This document shows, piece after piece, positions 11,451-25,183 of a stretch of DNA of 64,000 nt. Both the position numbers and the translations under genes were made by a program. Below the pieces are notes generated by a model, which searched no databases, was not told the origin of the DNA, and saw only the letters and a list, made by a program, of their open reading frames with translations. Numbering within the stretch: the stretch's first letter is position 1; the number at the start of each line of letters is the position of its first letter. The DNA comes from Amphiscolops sp. MND2022 (taxonomy: Eukaryota): positions 91,824,001 to 91,888,000 of the forward strand of contig OZ076409.1 in NCBI GenBank assembly GCA_964187785.1, written 5' to 3'.

Positions 11451-13592
11451 AAGTTTGTCAAACTCGCCTTCCAGGCCTCCTAGCTACTTGAAATTTTGTA
11501 TGCGAGCGTGAGGTATGCGAACGTTACAGAAAAGTAAAATAGCCGGGTGCCCGGGTCAGTATTTAGCAATCCGAGTTGATATAGCTAGGATGTAACCTTG
11601 ATATCACTTTTTCGGGTCTACTTTCACACAATTACCAATTTTTCCAAGTCGAACACTAGCAAGCAGCTCAAAATGCACATATCGTTGGGACGTGGTACCA
11701 TGTGTACGAAAAACGAAGGACTTTGATGCTGGGATACCTCCAAGGAATTGCATCATGCTCCACTAAAATTTGATTTTATTCGTCATTTCCACACTATTTT
11801 TCGAGCAAAACTGCGACTAAGACTTCTGCATCACTAGTAATTCTAGCGCTACGCAAGTGACACCGCTACCTCAAAGTTTGCCGTTCTACGCGACAGTGCA
11901 TTTTGATTTGACTTGCTACTACTAGGAGAGATATCGACTTGACTCAGGAATGCTACTACAGTGTTCCCAGAATGTTGCAAAAATACCACTTTTAGCTACG
12001 TTTCGGCAACCACTGGTTCTAATCACTCGTGGTTTTCTGCGTTTGCAACGTTATACGCTATACCAACTGAAAATAGTCAGGCGAAGCCTGGTAGGTTCCA
12101 AAAAAGGTCTTTCAAGAATTTTTCAATTTACACTTAGGGAAAAGTACCAAATTTACGTTTTTTCATCGAAAATTTTTTACTCATCTGTTCTCAGACGTTC
12201 TGGATTGTTTCAAGAGAGGAAGGATGAATACCTTTATTCAAGAGACTGGATTCTTTCAATTTTTACTTTTGATTTTTTGGCACTCAGAGCCATGGTGTCC
12301 TCTACTCAGGTCTATGTATAACAAAAGGTAAGCACTAATATAGTTTCAAGTTATATTGACAATGTTGGAGAACGTCTTGGCAGTAGTTTTTCACGCTATC
12401 AAGCTCGGGAATAGTGTTTCTGGGCTGCTCTAAAAGCTCTGGAGAAAACTCCCAGTGCTTCACCCTCACCAAATTTGGTCTTTAAGACCAAATTCAGCGT
12501 TTTCTCAACAAAAACAGCTATATTATTAGATGTTTTTACAATTTAGTTTGGAAAATGTCTTTGTTCTTGACTTGATAGGTCTAGTGGAAGGTTTTTGTAT
12601 TGTTTTGCCGTTGGCCGTACCCTCTTTAGAGACCTTTTGGTTTTGGAATATAATGATGACCGACAATCAGCTCTTGAAAGCAACGGTAATATTGGCTAGT
12701 AACTTTTTAAATATCTCGTCAGAGGCCCTCGAAAAACTGCTTGCCGATAATTTTTTAAATTATCTGGCTCGGGAAGAAGGGCGGTAGGTTGCTCAAAATG
12801 CTCTGAGGGAAACGCCTAGGGCGTCACCCTCACCAAATTTGGTCTCTGAAGCCAAACTTAGGTCTTGTTAAACAAAAATCACTAAATTTTTTGGTGTCTT
12901 TACAAGTTACCCCGGTACATTTTTATATTCCCGACTTCATAGGTCTACAGGAACGTATTTCCCACTGGCAGTACCCTCTTCTGGTTTTCGAAAGTAATGA
13001 AATCAAAAATCGAGCTATATTGGGTGTTATAGATATCTCACTATAATTTCCCACCAAACGATCAAAATACACGCTGGGTACTTCTCTCAGTTTGCACTAG
13101 TGAAGGTACACCTAGGTGAAAGCCCTAGGGGCTACTAAACACAAAAGATAACAAAGTAATCAAGATGATTTTGGTGGTATCGGGCCAGTCAGAGGATATA
13201 AAAAGGTAGTGTCTGCACACTGCTCACAGTTTCAAACCACTGACAGTTCAAGTACATTATCTAAGAGCTGAAATGAAGTTGCAAAACTGGTTTGAACAAA
13301 ATCCGGTTAAGCCCGATAACCAGTTTTAACAGGTACGAAAATGGTCAAAAAGGTACTTTGCTATGAAACGTCTATTTCTTGTTCCAGACCTCGGAAATAC
13401 GTAAGAAACGCAAGAATACCGCTAGAAGGAAGCCTGCGAGGCTTGTGAAAAAAAATTTAGTGTCCTCCCATAAGTTTTCCTAAATCCGGACCTAACAGGA
13501 CCGGAAAGCAGGGAAGGTTCCTAATTTGATGCAAAATTGAAAAATCTCCTTTCTGCCATAAATCTGAAATCTGCCATGAAAACTGTTCTAGA

Positions 13593-14318
13593 TGTAATGT
13601 CCAGCTAGCAGCGTACATCCTAGAAGTGAGACAGTGCCTCCCTGATTGAACAGAAGACCAATGTCTTACTACAACCTAGACATTAGATTTTAATCCCAAA
13701 ATGGTCTCCGAAGGCGACTTTTCATGCGTCAAAGGAGGCTCATCAGTTAGAGCTCCGAGGCGACATGCCGGCACTCTCGAAGTCTGGACACGTCCCACAA
13801 GCCTTTAAAAACGAATCCTAAGGTTTCGAACGTTGCTGCGACTTCTCCCATGCTCCCTCTTGAGGTTTAAAAACGTGTTTAGCTAAAGTACATTTTATTG
13901 AGGGAATAAGATCTAAAATAGAAACCTACTAGGTCAAACATCACTAAATAGCTGCAAAAACCACAAATACGGTACAACAGACTAAGGAAGCGTCAGTCGT
14001 CAGTGTCAGCGAGTCTTGGACTTGCGAGGTGGCACATGCAAAATATGCAAACTTCTGAGTTTTTTCATCTCTTGGGCCATTCTTCGGGTTCTGCTGTTAG
14101 CTGGGACATCTGCCGAGGGGGATGGCATCGCACGGCGATTTCGGGGATACTTCTATGGCGGGGTGTTCTCTTTCGGGCTGGGGGTGGGAGGTGGTCTGCC
14201 TTTTTTCTCTTTCTGCCTGCTTTCAAGTACCTGCAAGGTCGGCCATTTTGATTTATTCTATTTGCTATCGCACATTTTCAAAATCTTTTCGAAATTTTGT
14301 TTCGCTGTGTGCTGGAGG
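13593..14318 (-). mobile_element. LTR-retroelement 3' fragment (ORF end, PPT-like tract, ~260 bp LTR-like segment); second copy ~18025-18750
   Basis: On the minus strand AAGAGGGAGCA precedes TG at 13850 and the segment ends ...ATTACA at 13593; homologous to 9381-9790. Confidence 0.45.
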
Positions 14319-14569
14319 TTACAACGATTCCTAATCGAATTAAGGAGATGCGACGTTTTAAAAAACGTAATCACCGACGAATATTTTTCCGACGACGAAG
14401 TTTCTGGTAATCGTCTTATAAGGTAACGATGAAGCAGAAACGATGCTAGAATCCAAGCGGAAATACCAGATTGAGAAGTTGCGGATTTTGCATCGACATA
14501 AGCTTTAAATAGATTTTCGGGTTCAAACAACAAATAAGTTTTACACTTCCAGCTGAAAACATGTTGAAA

Positions 14570-14915
14570 ACCGACGCGTTGTTGCAATAAATTTTAACAC
14601 ATGATAGTTTTAAACGCTCCCGGACGCTTTCACAATGAGGCGATCAAAAAAGTTTCATCTGTTAAGGAACTGTACTCTTTCTTGTAGCTCTTCGTGTACT
14701 TTTTCTCCGAAACGCTACAATGTGACGACCGCTCAGACAGTATTGTCCAAGCGGTCGTCACATGGTATCGTTTCAGAGAAAAATTACACGAACAATTACA
14801 AGAAAGAATACATTTCATTAACAGATGAAAATGTTTTGATCGCTTGATTGTGAAAGGGTTCAAGAGGGTTTAAAACATTATCATTACTTTAAATTTGTTC
14901 CAACAATGCGTCGGT
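14570..14915. repeat. ~345-bp imperfect palindrome (second copy ~19002-19347)
   Basis: ACCGACGCGTTGTTGC...GTGACGACCGCT mirrored by AGCGGTCGTCAC...CAACAATGCGTCGGT; ORFs 14630-14863(-) and 14635-14847(+) are homologous to each other. Confidence 0.9.
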
Positions 14916-17900
14916 AGATGTCGCAGGCTGCTCCTGCGATGGGATGCTTTATCAGATCGCCTCAGACGATGACCACAGCAACCCTGTCCCTGGAGTACTT
15001 CCGATATAGAACATACTGAAATACTTCATATTACGTTGGTAATATTGGTTTGATACGATTTCATGTTTATAAAAATGATTTAGTAGTTATTCAGCCATGA
15101 ACTGTAATGTTTTACCAAGTTGACCTAGGTCATATTGACTGCATAACAATACTTGTGATATTTATATGATATTCGTTATAATAAGAATTGGGGCGTCGTT
15201 TGTACGTCAAAGGTGGGCTAACACCAAAAGGTGCCAATATGCTGTTGTCTTACAAGTAGCGAGCTGCTAGTTGAAAATTTCAGTGCTGTAGCAAGTTAGA
15301 AAGTAACAGTGCTACTTAATAAAAGTCAGGAAAGGCGCTCAACTGGTATTTTGTTGCAGTCCAGTTGACGCGTTGTCCGCAAGTTCGCGACCAATCACAG
15401 TGTTAGTTATCTTAGTACGCTACTGCAGTCAAGTGGACGTAAATTCTCTTTGCGCTTCTTCACGCAACCTGTTTATTTTCAGTGCAGTCAAACGGACGTG
15501 ATGTCTAGTATTTGTCTGGCGTTATTACAAGCGCTGTATAGAATTGAAAACATGAAATTTGGGCCAATGAGTAGTTTATATCACTTTATATGTTTACCAC
15601 TCATGTAAGTATATTTATTATTTTTAGAACTTATTAGCTGATGACGTAAATATTTAGGTTACACCTGGGTTACTTTTAGTAACAATTTAGGTCAAATGTG
15701 ATGTATTATCCAAATTTAGCTCCTTTACACTCAGGTTTATCTGTGTCTTGGTCCTATTAGTTAGTTTAAATACGCGAAATTTGTTGCTACCAAAATCATT
15801 GTTGATCCTGCTGATATACAATACAGGAAACGGTTTCATCTGTTTCATTGTGACTCTTTGTCAATTCATCGTTGAAAACGAACTATTTTGTTTTTATGCC
15901 CTCAACCAGGAAACAGAAAGCCCAAGAAAAGCGTTCAAGGTAATCAGCTGTAAGGTCTGATCTTGATAACATGGGTGCTTTGTTAGGAAGTTATCCAGGA
16001 ATTAACTACGAAGGGCAAGAAAAAGAAAATAAAAATGAGATGAGTGACGAGAAATTCAGGTCTTACCTAAACACTTATCTTCGTGAAAATAGTGGTTTGA
16101 CTGTAAAAACAAGCAGAGCAATTAACTGTGAAATTTCGTCTCAGGTGTCAAGACAATCAGCAGAACTAATATCCGACCTAACGCTTATATATTATTTCAG
16201 CTATAGCTATTCGTCATTTCCACACGATTTTTCGAGCAAAACTGCGACTAAGACTTCTGCATCACTAGTAATTCTAGCGCTACGCAAGTGACACCGCTAC
16301 CTCAAAGTTTGCCGTTCTACGCGACAGTGCATTTTGATTTGACTTGCTACTACTAGGAGAGATATCGACTTGACTCAGGAATGCTACTACAGTGTTCCCA
16401 GAATGTTGCAAAAATACCACTTTTAGCTACGTTTCGGCAACCACTGGTTCTAATCACTCGTGGTTTTCTGCGTTTGCAACGTTATACGCTATACCAACTG
16501 AAAATAGTCAGGCGAAGCCTGGTAGGTTCCAAAAAAGGTCTTTCAAGAATTTTTCAATTTACACTTAGGGAAAAGTACCAAATTTACGTTTTTTCATCGA
16601 AAATTTTTTACTCATCTGTTCTCAGACGTTCTGGATTGTTTCAAGAGAGGAAGGATGAATACCTTTATTCAAGAGACTGGATTCTTTCAATTTTTACTTT
16701 TGATTTTTTGGCACTCAGAGCCATGGTGTCCTCTACTCAGGTCTATGTATAACAAAAGGTAAGCACTAATATAGTTTCAAGTTATATTGACAATGTTGGA
16801 GAACGTCTTGGCAGTAGTTTTTCACACTATCAAGCTCGGGAATAGTGTTTCTGGGCTGCTCTAAAAGCTCTGGAGAAAACTCCCAGTGCTTCACCCTCAC
16901 CAAATTTGGTCTTTAAGACCAAATTCAGCGTTTTCTCAACAAAAACAGCTATATTATTAGATGTTTTTACAATTTAGTTTGGAAAATGTCTTTGTTCTTG
17001 ACTTGATAGGTCTAGTGGAAGGTTTTTGTATTGTTTTGCCGTTGGCCGTACCCTCTTTAGAGACCTTTTGGTTTTGGAATACAATGATGACCGACAATCA
17101 GCTCTTGAAAGCAACGGTAATATTGGCTAGTAACTTTTTAAATATCTCGTCAGAGGCCCTCGAAAAACTGCTTGCCGATAATTTTTTAAATTATCTGGCT
17201 CGGGAAGAAGGGCGGTAGGTTGCTCAAAATGCTCTGAGGGAAACGCCTAGGGCGTCACCCTCACCAAATTTGGTCTCTGAAGCCAAACTTAGGTCTTGTT
17301 AAACAAAAATCACTAAATTTTTTGGTGTCTTTACAAGTTACCCCGGTACATTTTTATATTCCCGACTTCATAGGTCTACAGGAACGTATTTCCCACTGGC
17401 AGTACCCTCTTCTGGTTTTCGAAAGTAATGAAATCAAAAATCGAGCTATATTGGGTGTTATAGATATCTCACTATAATTTCCCACCAAACGATCAAAATA
17501 CACGCTGGGTACTTCTCTCAGTTTGCACTAGTGAAGGTACACCTAGGTGAAAGCCCTAGGGGCTACTAAACACAAAAGATAACAAAGTAATCAAGATGAT
17601 TTTGGTGGTATCGGGCCAGTCAGAGGATATAAAAAGGTAGTGTCTGCACACTGCTCACAGTTTCAAACCACTGACAGTTCAAGTACATTATCTAAGAGCT
17701 GAAATGAAGTTGCAAAACTGGTTTGAACAAAATCCGGTTAAGCCCGATAACCAGTTTTAACAGGTACGAAAATGGTCAAAAAGGTACTTTGCTATGAAAC
17801 GTCTATTTCTTGTTCCAGACCTCGGAAATACGTAAGAAACGCAAGAATACCGCTAGAAGGAAGCCTGCGAGGCTTGTGAAAAAAAATTTAGTGTCCTCCC

Positions 17901-20402
17901 ATAAGTTTTCCTAAATCCGGACCTAACAGGACCGGAAAGCAGGGAAGGTTCCTAATTTGATGCAAAATTGAAAAAATCTCCTTTCTGCCATAAATCTGAA
18001 ATCTGCCATGAAAACTGTTCTAGATGTAATGTCCAGCTAGCAGCGTACATCCTAGAAGTGAGACAGTGCCTCCCTGATTGAACAGAAGACCAATGTCTTA
18101 CTACAACCTAGACATTAGATTTTAATCCCAAAATGGTCTCCGAAGGAGACTTTTCATGCGTCAAAGGAGGCTCATCAGTTAGAGCTCCGAGGCGACATGC
18201 CGGCACTCTCGAAGTCTGGACACGTCCCACAAGCCTTTAAAAACGAATCCTAAGGTTTCGAACGTTGCTGCGACTTCTCCCATGCTCCCTCTTGAGGTTT
18301 AAAAACGTGTTTAGCTAAAGTACATTTTATTGAGGGAATAAGATCTAAAATAGAAACCTACTAGGTCAAACATCACTAAATAGCTGCAAAAACCACAAAT
18401 ACGGTACAACAGACTAAGGAAGCGTCAGTCGTCAGTGTCAGCGAGTCTTGGACTTGCGAGGTGGCACATGCAAAATATGCAAACTTCTGAGTTTTTTCAT
18501 CTCTTGGGCCATTCTTCGGGTTCTGCTGTTAGCTGGGACATCTGCCGAGGGGGATGGCATCGCACGGCGATTTCGGGGATACTTCTATGGCGGGGTGTTC
18601 TCTTTCGGGCTGGGGGTGGGAGGTGGTCTGCCTTTTTTCTCTTTCTGCCTGCTTTCAAGTACCTGCAAGGTCGGCCATTTTGATTTATTCTATTTGCTAT
18701 CGCACATTTTCAAAATCTTTTCGAAATTTTGTTTCGCTGTGTGCTGGAGGTTACAACGATTCCTAATCGAATTAAGGAGATGCGACGTTTTAAAAAACGT
18801 AATCACCGACGAATATTTTTCCGACGACGAAGTTTCTGGTAATCGTCTTATAAGGTAACGATGAAGCAGAAACGATGCTAGAATCCAAGCGGAAATACCA
18901 GATTGAGAAGTTGCGGATTTTGCATCGACATAAGCTTTAAATAGATTTTCGGGTTCAAACAACAAATAAGTTTTACACTTCCAGCTGAAAACATGTTGAA
19001 AACCGACGCGTTGTTGCAATAAATTTTAACACATGATAGTTTTAAACGCTCCCGGACGCTTTCACAATGAGGCGATCAAAAAAGTTTCATCTGTTAAGGA
19101 ACTGTACTCTTTCTTGTAGCTCTTCGTGTACTTTTTCTCCGAAACGCTACAATGTGACGACCGCTCAGACAGTATTGTCCAAGCGGTCGTCACATGGTAT
19201 CGTTTCAGAGAAAAATTACACGAACAATTACAAGAAAGAATACATTTCATTAACAGATGAAAATGTTTTGATCGCTTGATTGTGAAAGGGTTCAAGAGGG
19301 TTTAAAATATTATCATTACTTTAAATTTGTTCCAACAATGCGTCGGTAGATGTCGCAGGCTGCTCCTGCGATGGGATGCTTTATCAGATCGCCTCAGACG
19401 ATGACCACAGCAACCCTGTCCCTGGAGTACTTCCGATATAGAACATGCTGAAATACTTCATATTACGTTGGTAATATTGGTTTGATACGATTTCATGTTT
19501 ATAAAAATGATTTAGTAGTTATTCAGCCATGAACTGTAATGTTTTACCAAGTTGACCTAGGTCATATTGACTGCATAACAATACTTGTGATATTTATATG
19601 ATATTCGTTATAATAAGAATTGGGGCGTCGTTTGTACGTCAAAGGTGGGCTAACACCAAAAGGTGCCAATATGCTGTTGTCTTACAAGTAGCGAGCTGCT
19701 AGTTGAAAATTTCAGTGCTGTAGCAAGTTAGAAAGTAACAGTGCTACTTAATAAAAGTCAGGAAAGGCGCTCAACTGGTATTTTGTTGCAGTCCAGTTGA
19801 CGCGTTGTCCGCAAGTTCGCGACCAATCACAGTGTTAGTTATCTTAGTACGCTACTGCAGTCAAGTGGACGTAAATTCTCTTTGCGCTTCTTCACGCAAC
19901 CTGTTTATTTTCAGTGCAGTCAAACGGACGTGATGTCTAGTATTTGTCTGGCGTTATTACAAGCGCTGTATAGAATTGAAAACATGAAATTTGGGCCAAT
20001 GAGTAGTTTATATCACTTTATATGTTTACCACTCATGTAAGTATATTTATTATTTTTAGAACTTATTAGCTGATGACGTAAATATTTAGGTTACACCTGG
20101 GTTACTTTTAGTAACAATTTAGGTCAAATGTGACGTATTATCCAAATTTAGCTCCTTTACACTCAGGTTTATCTGTGTCTTGGTCCTATTAGTTAGTTTA
20201 AATACGCGAAATTTGTTGCTACCAAAATCATTGTTGATCCTGCTGATATACAATACAGGAAACGGTTTCATCTGTTTCATTGTGACTCTTTGTCAATTCA
20301 TCGTTGAAAACGAACTATTTTGTTTTTATACCCTCAACCAGGAAACAGAAAGCCCAAGAAAAGCGTTCAAGGTAATCAGCTGTAAGGTCTGATCTTGATA
20401 AC

Positions 20403-20760
20403 ATGGGTGCTTTGTTAGGAAGTTATCCAGGAATTAACTACGAAGGGCAAGAAAAAGAAAATAAAAATGAGATGAGTGACGAGAAATTCAGGTCTTACCT
20501 AAACACTTATCTTCGTGAAAATAGTGGTTTGACTGTAAAAACAAGCAGAGCAATTAACTGTGAAATTTCGTCTCAGGTGTCAAGACAATCAGCAGAACTA
20601 ATATCCGACCTAACGCTTATATATTATTTCAGCTATAGCTGAAAAGGTTTATCCGTCAATAGAAAAAGCAATGAGACCAATTAAAACCACTTTAAATACA
20701 AAATGGGACCTTCGGTCAGATGGACTGCATCAGAGTGAGTTTGCTCAAGCACCTCAGAAA
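20403..20760 (+). pseudogene. Coiled-coil ORF remnant, probably the 5' (gag-side) ORF of an LTR retroelement; truncated copy at 15971-16207
   Basis: RENSGLTVKTSRAINCEISSQVSRQ...; weakly similar to ORF 25184-25633 (ELNSRISREM...RAINEAISSQVLP). Family assignment is inference. Confidence 0.4.
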
Positions 20761-21012
20761 CGTGACCTTAGGTCAGGGAGACTACACCAAAACAAAATCG
20801 CGCCAATAGCCCAGCAGTGTAACCTTCGGTCCAGCCAATAGCCCAGCGGTGTGAAATACTGATGGAATTCCTTGACAACCACTTGCAAAGCAAAATTCCA
20901 TTGGTAATTTTGGAAAGAAAGTTTCGTTTCACTCGTACAAAAAAAACGTGTCAACTCGTGCTTTGCTTTTAAATAGTTGTCCGGTGAAATATGCCATACT
21001 CCAATACGCATC

Positions 21013-21496
21013 TTTTTTAGTCGGCGCTTCTATTAATAAAAGAGCCCGACTATTACAGTCACTCGTTTTTTCTTTTTTTTCAGACAGACTCGAAGCGACG
21101 AAATTCTTGTTCAGTTTGTTCAACTAAACGAATACCAGGGAAACGTATCTAAGTTAACGCAAAAGAAGTTTCCCACCTTTCAGTTTTTACTTTTTAAACG
21201 TAACATACAAAACCGGATGAGACTGACGGGTGCCCCCACTTTCATCTTTTTTCGAAAATTTTTTGTCTTCAAAGGGTCCCTCTTTCGATTTTATTTAAGT
21301 CCCCCTCGTGTTATCCGGAGTTAAGTGCTATCTATACCCCAATTTTTGTCGTCATATGCGAACTATATTGCGTTTTTGTAAGGAGGCGGAGGTCCAAAAA
21401 CAAGAGTTTTTCATGAAAGCGTCCTACGCATATTTCAAGGCTGCGCTTTTTGATCCTTAGGTATAGCGCCGGATTTAGACGTTCCCGTTTCGTGTT
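21013..21496 (+). mobile_element. HINE/DINE-1-like element
   Basis: 5' TTTTTTAGTCGGCGC...GCCCGACT; 3' AGCGCCGGATTTAGACGTTCCCGT. Confidence 0.7.
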
Positions 21497-21509
21497 AAGT
21501 TAGAGGAAT

Positions 21510-22520
21510 GTATTATACAGAATTTTTTTATGTAAAGGAAAACCAACCTAGAGCTATTTTTCGCAGTCCAAATAGATCACGTATGAATTTTGTAAAAACC
21601 TCTGAAACATGTTTTACGATTAGAAAACCAGACTATTTTCCATGGAGAGGATTTGTATTGATGCTTCAAGCTTTTTCTGCACTTACTGGAAATTTTGGAT
21701 GGTCGTGAAGCCAACTACTTTTGATGAAAATTTGGGTCAAACATCTGCTTCCTGGTCTTTGAGTCTGACATTACTCGTACTTTTGAACATTCTTGAAATT
21801 TGGCCTAAATTTTCTCAAAACGCCAAAATAGTCAACAAATTCGCGAAAATAGTAGCAACCTCACAGAATATTCCAAGCTGCAAGATTGTTCAAAGGTATA
21901 TATTTACACTGTTTTGCTTCAAAAATTTACATATTCCCACATCCCACAATTTGTTTTCATCTCCTTTTTTGAGTTCCATTATTTTGGTACCAGTAATTTA
22001 AATTGAGCTTTCTTTTTCAACTTTTTATAAATGTTTTTCATTTTTTCTTACAGAACTTTGGATGGTTTTTTATTCATCCATTCATGTTTTCTTGATTCTT
22101 TTTACCGTTTCAATTGAAGTGTTACTAAAGCGTCTTTTTTTTGTTTTCACTAAGTTTGTTGATTTTCAAATTGTGTATTAATCCATGCACTGCCGTTTTT
22201 TAATGGAAAATTACGTTTCATTATAAATTTGGAATACAGTGCTTTTTTCAAGCAATTTACCTTCAACGTTGTTATGAGCTGGTTTCCTTTTGGTTTTAAA
22301 ATACCTCAGAAGTGATTACAGTTTTCAGGGGTCACCTAATTTTACTTATTTTGTTTTAAATAATTGGTCATTTCCATCATGTTTCTTTTATTTTCCTCAA
22401 AATCACAGGAATCTTCAACACGAGTTTCTTTTCTATAATCCCAGGTTTGCAATCTTGTAACCTCTCAATTTGCAGTAGTTCCATTATTGATGTTATTTTT
22501 AGTCATTGTTTTTGTTACTT
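21510..22520 (-). pseudogene. Possible highly degraded pogo/Tigger-like transposase
   Basis: Broken minus-strand frames such as KALYSKFIMKRNFPLKNGSAWINTQF resemble a CENP-B-type HTH; no catalytic motif is readable. Confidence 0.25.
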
Positions 22521-23721
22521 TCCGTCTATCTTCCACATAGGAATGAGAAATATTTAAATTAGCCGCGTTTTATATTGAGAAAAAAGTAAGAATGTGAAAA
22601 CAGACACACTCAGAATTCAAAAACAGTGCCCGATGATGTAAAGAAGGCCTTTTGGGTTTTTTGATATCCAATAAGATGCAAAAAATCAAAGAAAATTTAC
22701 AGGGACTCTTTGGAGACATTGAAACCCTTTCGACAAAAAGTCTCACAGTGTCAAAAATTGAAAAAAGGGATCTTTTGGTCTCATCCGGTTTTGCATGTTA
22801 CGTTAGCAAAGGAACAAGCCGGGAACGGCATAAGTCGGCGCCATTTAAAACTCAACAAGACGGGAATGTCTAAAGTCGGCGCCATATCTAAGGATCAAAA
22901 AGCTCAAACACTTTGATATTGTAAAAGGGAGGACCCTTTGGGTTTTTTAAGAAAAAAAAGAAAAATCGAAAAATAAGAATTTTGAGCCAGTCTCATAGTG
23001 CCGAAAAACTTATTATAAAAAATACCAGACACGTGCTGAAACTGTGTACATGAGAACCAAAAAGCGATGTTTTGGCTGCTATGATGCAACGATGGGGTTA
23101 GACTTAGCCACGTATTACAATTGAATTGGAAACGAGTGAAATTAGTTTCCATCAATTTGATTCTTCATGATTATGAGAGCGATTAACATGAAGCAGTACA
23201 TGTATATACTCACTCGGCTCACAACGTTTTGCTAAAAACCACAGATCTCCTAGTCAAAAGTTGAGGACTTCAAGTTTGATTCGAAAGTGCCACACGCAAC
23301 AACACAGAAAAAATTTTATTTGACACACTAAAGTGTGAAATACGACCATTGGCGAGAAACAACACACAGAGACAGGGGGTTCTTAATAGGGGTGTTTTAA
23401 ACAGCAAACACTCAGATTTTAGCACACTTTACATACCATCCGGCGCTTCCTACAGGCCTGGCGATGCGAGCCCCTTTCGGAGTCTGAATAATGTCACAAA
23501 ACATCTTTCGTCTCAAACGAAACATAGGACAGTGTGTATCGATCTATACGAAATTTCAGTGCGATGATAACTAGGAAAGTAAAACTCAAGGGGCGCCTAA
23601 ATCCACCTTTTGCGCCTATTTCGCTGAATTTCCCGCCTTTTTGCGTGGTTCAGGAAATGCGTTTCATTCATGAGAAAAGCGACACCTTTAAAAGTTCAAA
23701 CTCGCATTTCTGGGAGAAATG

Positions 23722-24220
23722 AACAAGACGGGAACGTCTAAAGTCGGCGCTATATCTAAGGCTCAAAATGCGCAAAAGACTTTTTTAAAAAACTTGAAAT
23801 TTTCGAAAAAAAATTTTCTTTCAGAAAATGTCGCATAGTGCCGGAAAATGTAAAAGGGGGGACCCCTTGGGCTTTATTAACATATATTCTGTTGCAAAAT
23901 ATCAAAAAACTCGAAAGAGGGACTCTTTTGAGACATTAAAAAATTTTCGAAAAAAGTCGCACAATGCCGAAAAAAAATCGAACCTTTTAGTCTCGTCCGG
24001 TTTTGCAGGTTACGGTAAAAAAGTAAAAAATGAAAAGGGGACCCTTTTGCACTAATATTCGCTGACCGGACTTGGCCTCTTATGCTAGTAGTTTTAGTAG
24101 TTTCGATTGTAAGAAAAGTGGCCCAATCAGAGTGAGATTGTAGTCTGACGAAAAAAAAAGAAAAAAAACTAGCCACTGTAAGAGTCGGGCACTTTTCCTT
24201 AGAAAAGCGCCGACTAAAAA
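23722..24220 (-). mobile_element. HINE/DINE-1-like element, intact ends
   Basis: AACAAGACGGGAACGTCTAAAGTCGGCGCT ... AGTCGGGCACTTTTCCTTAGAAAAGCGCCGACTAAAAA; two stacked end fragments of the same family at 22813-22900 and one at 7186-7226. Confidence 0.8.
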
Positions 24221-25183
24221 CAGCAGAAGGATTCAGAAAATGATACGCGTCAAAAGAATTTATTTTTTTTCCGGCCGTTTGAAGCTTAGAACCTTTAGAA
24301 ATAACTTATACGGTAAACTAACAAAGCTGCTTTCATCAATCAGATCACCAGGCCAAATTAAAGTAGCATGGGCCTTTTAGTAAAAAAAGAAGCGGCTCCG
24401 ATAAAGCATGCAGTTCCAAGCTTACAAGATAGTTGTACTGTCTAAATACTTTTAGTCAGCACTTTTGATAAAAAGTGCTCAAATCTTACAGTGGCTAGCT
24501 TTTTTCGTCAGACAACAGAGCTCATATTCTGTACGTACTAATTTTTGGTGTAGAGATTAATAGGAGCTAGTGGGATCCCTGCAGTCGCGGGATCGAATTA
24601 CTGCTTCAGCCAGCAGTTTTTCGTACATTTAAAGGTAGGTGGAGGTTTGAAAATAATGCGTTATATCAGATTTTTGACGTTATATCCGCATTTATTGTTA
24701 TTTACTATTGTCGATACGGAGGTTCGAAAAAAGTGCTCCCGTTTGTCCCTGCACGCTTTATTCTAATTTTTGACCTTATATCCCAAGTAAATTGCGTTGC
24801 AACTCGGCAAGGGTTCTAACTCAGGTTTGCAGGCCTGGTGACAGGGACTGAGAAGCAAAAGTACGTGGACTCGAGCCTCGCTCCAAATGTTTGCAGAAGT
24901 AGAGGGGAGACCAAAGCATCCACTTAGAGCCTCTAAATCTATACAATCTAAGCAAATACTAACAACACAATCAATGGAAGCGTCCTACTACAGAACGAAT
25001 TCTCATAGGCGCTAGCGCAGAAGGCCAAAAGTGTCGTAGCTAGGACAGCAAATTTGGGCCCACGCCAATAGGAATGATTTCTGTGATGTCACTAGTGAAA
25101 GAAATTGAATGATATCTGAGCTTGCAGTAATCCCTCCGTCAGCCTTTGGTCAGCTATAGGTAATCTTATTACACACGTTGGCA

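Larger units (their letters stand above)
11777..20640 (+). repeat. Near-perfect 4.43 kb tandem duplication (11777-16207 / 16208-20640)
   Basis: ORF track repeats at offset 4431-4432; I counted about 9 differences (e.g. ACACT/ACACG, GGCGAC/GGAGAC, one A indel). Confidence 0.97.

Noticed and set aside
11950..12787. 123-aa and 85-aa ORFs occurring twice
   Set aside because: Their conservation only reflects the 4.4 kb duplication; no protein motif.
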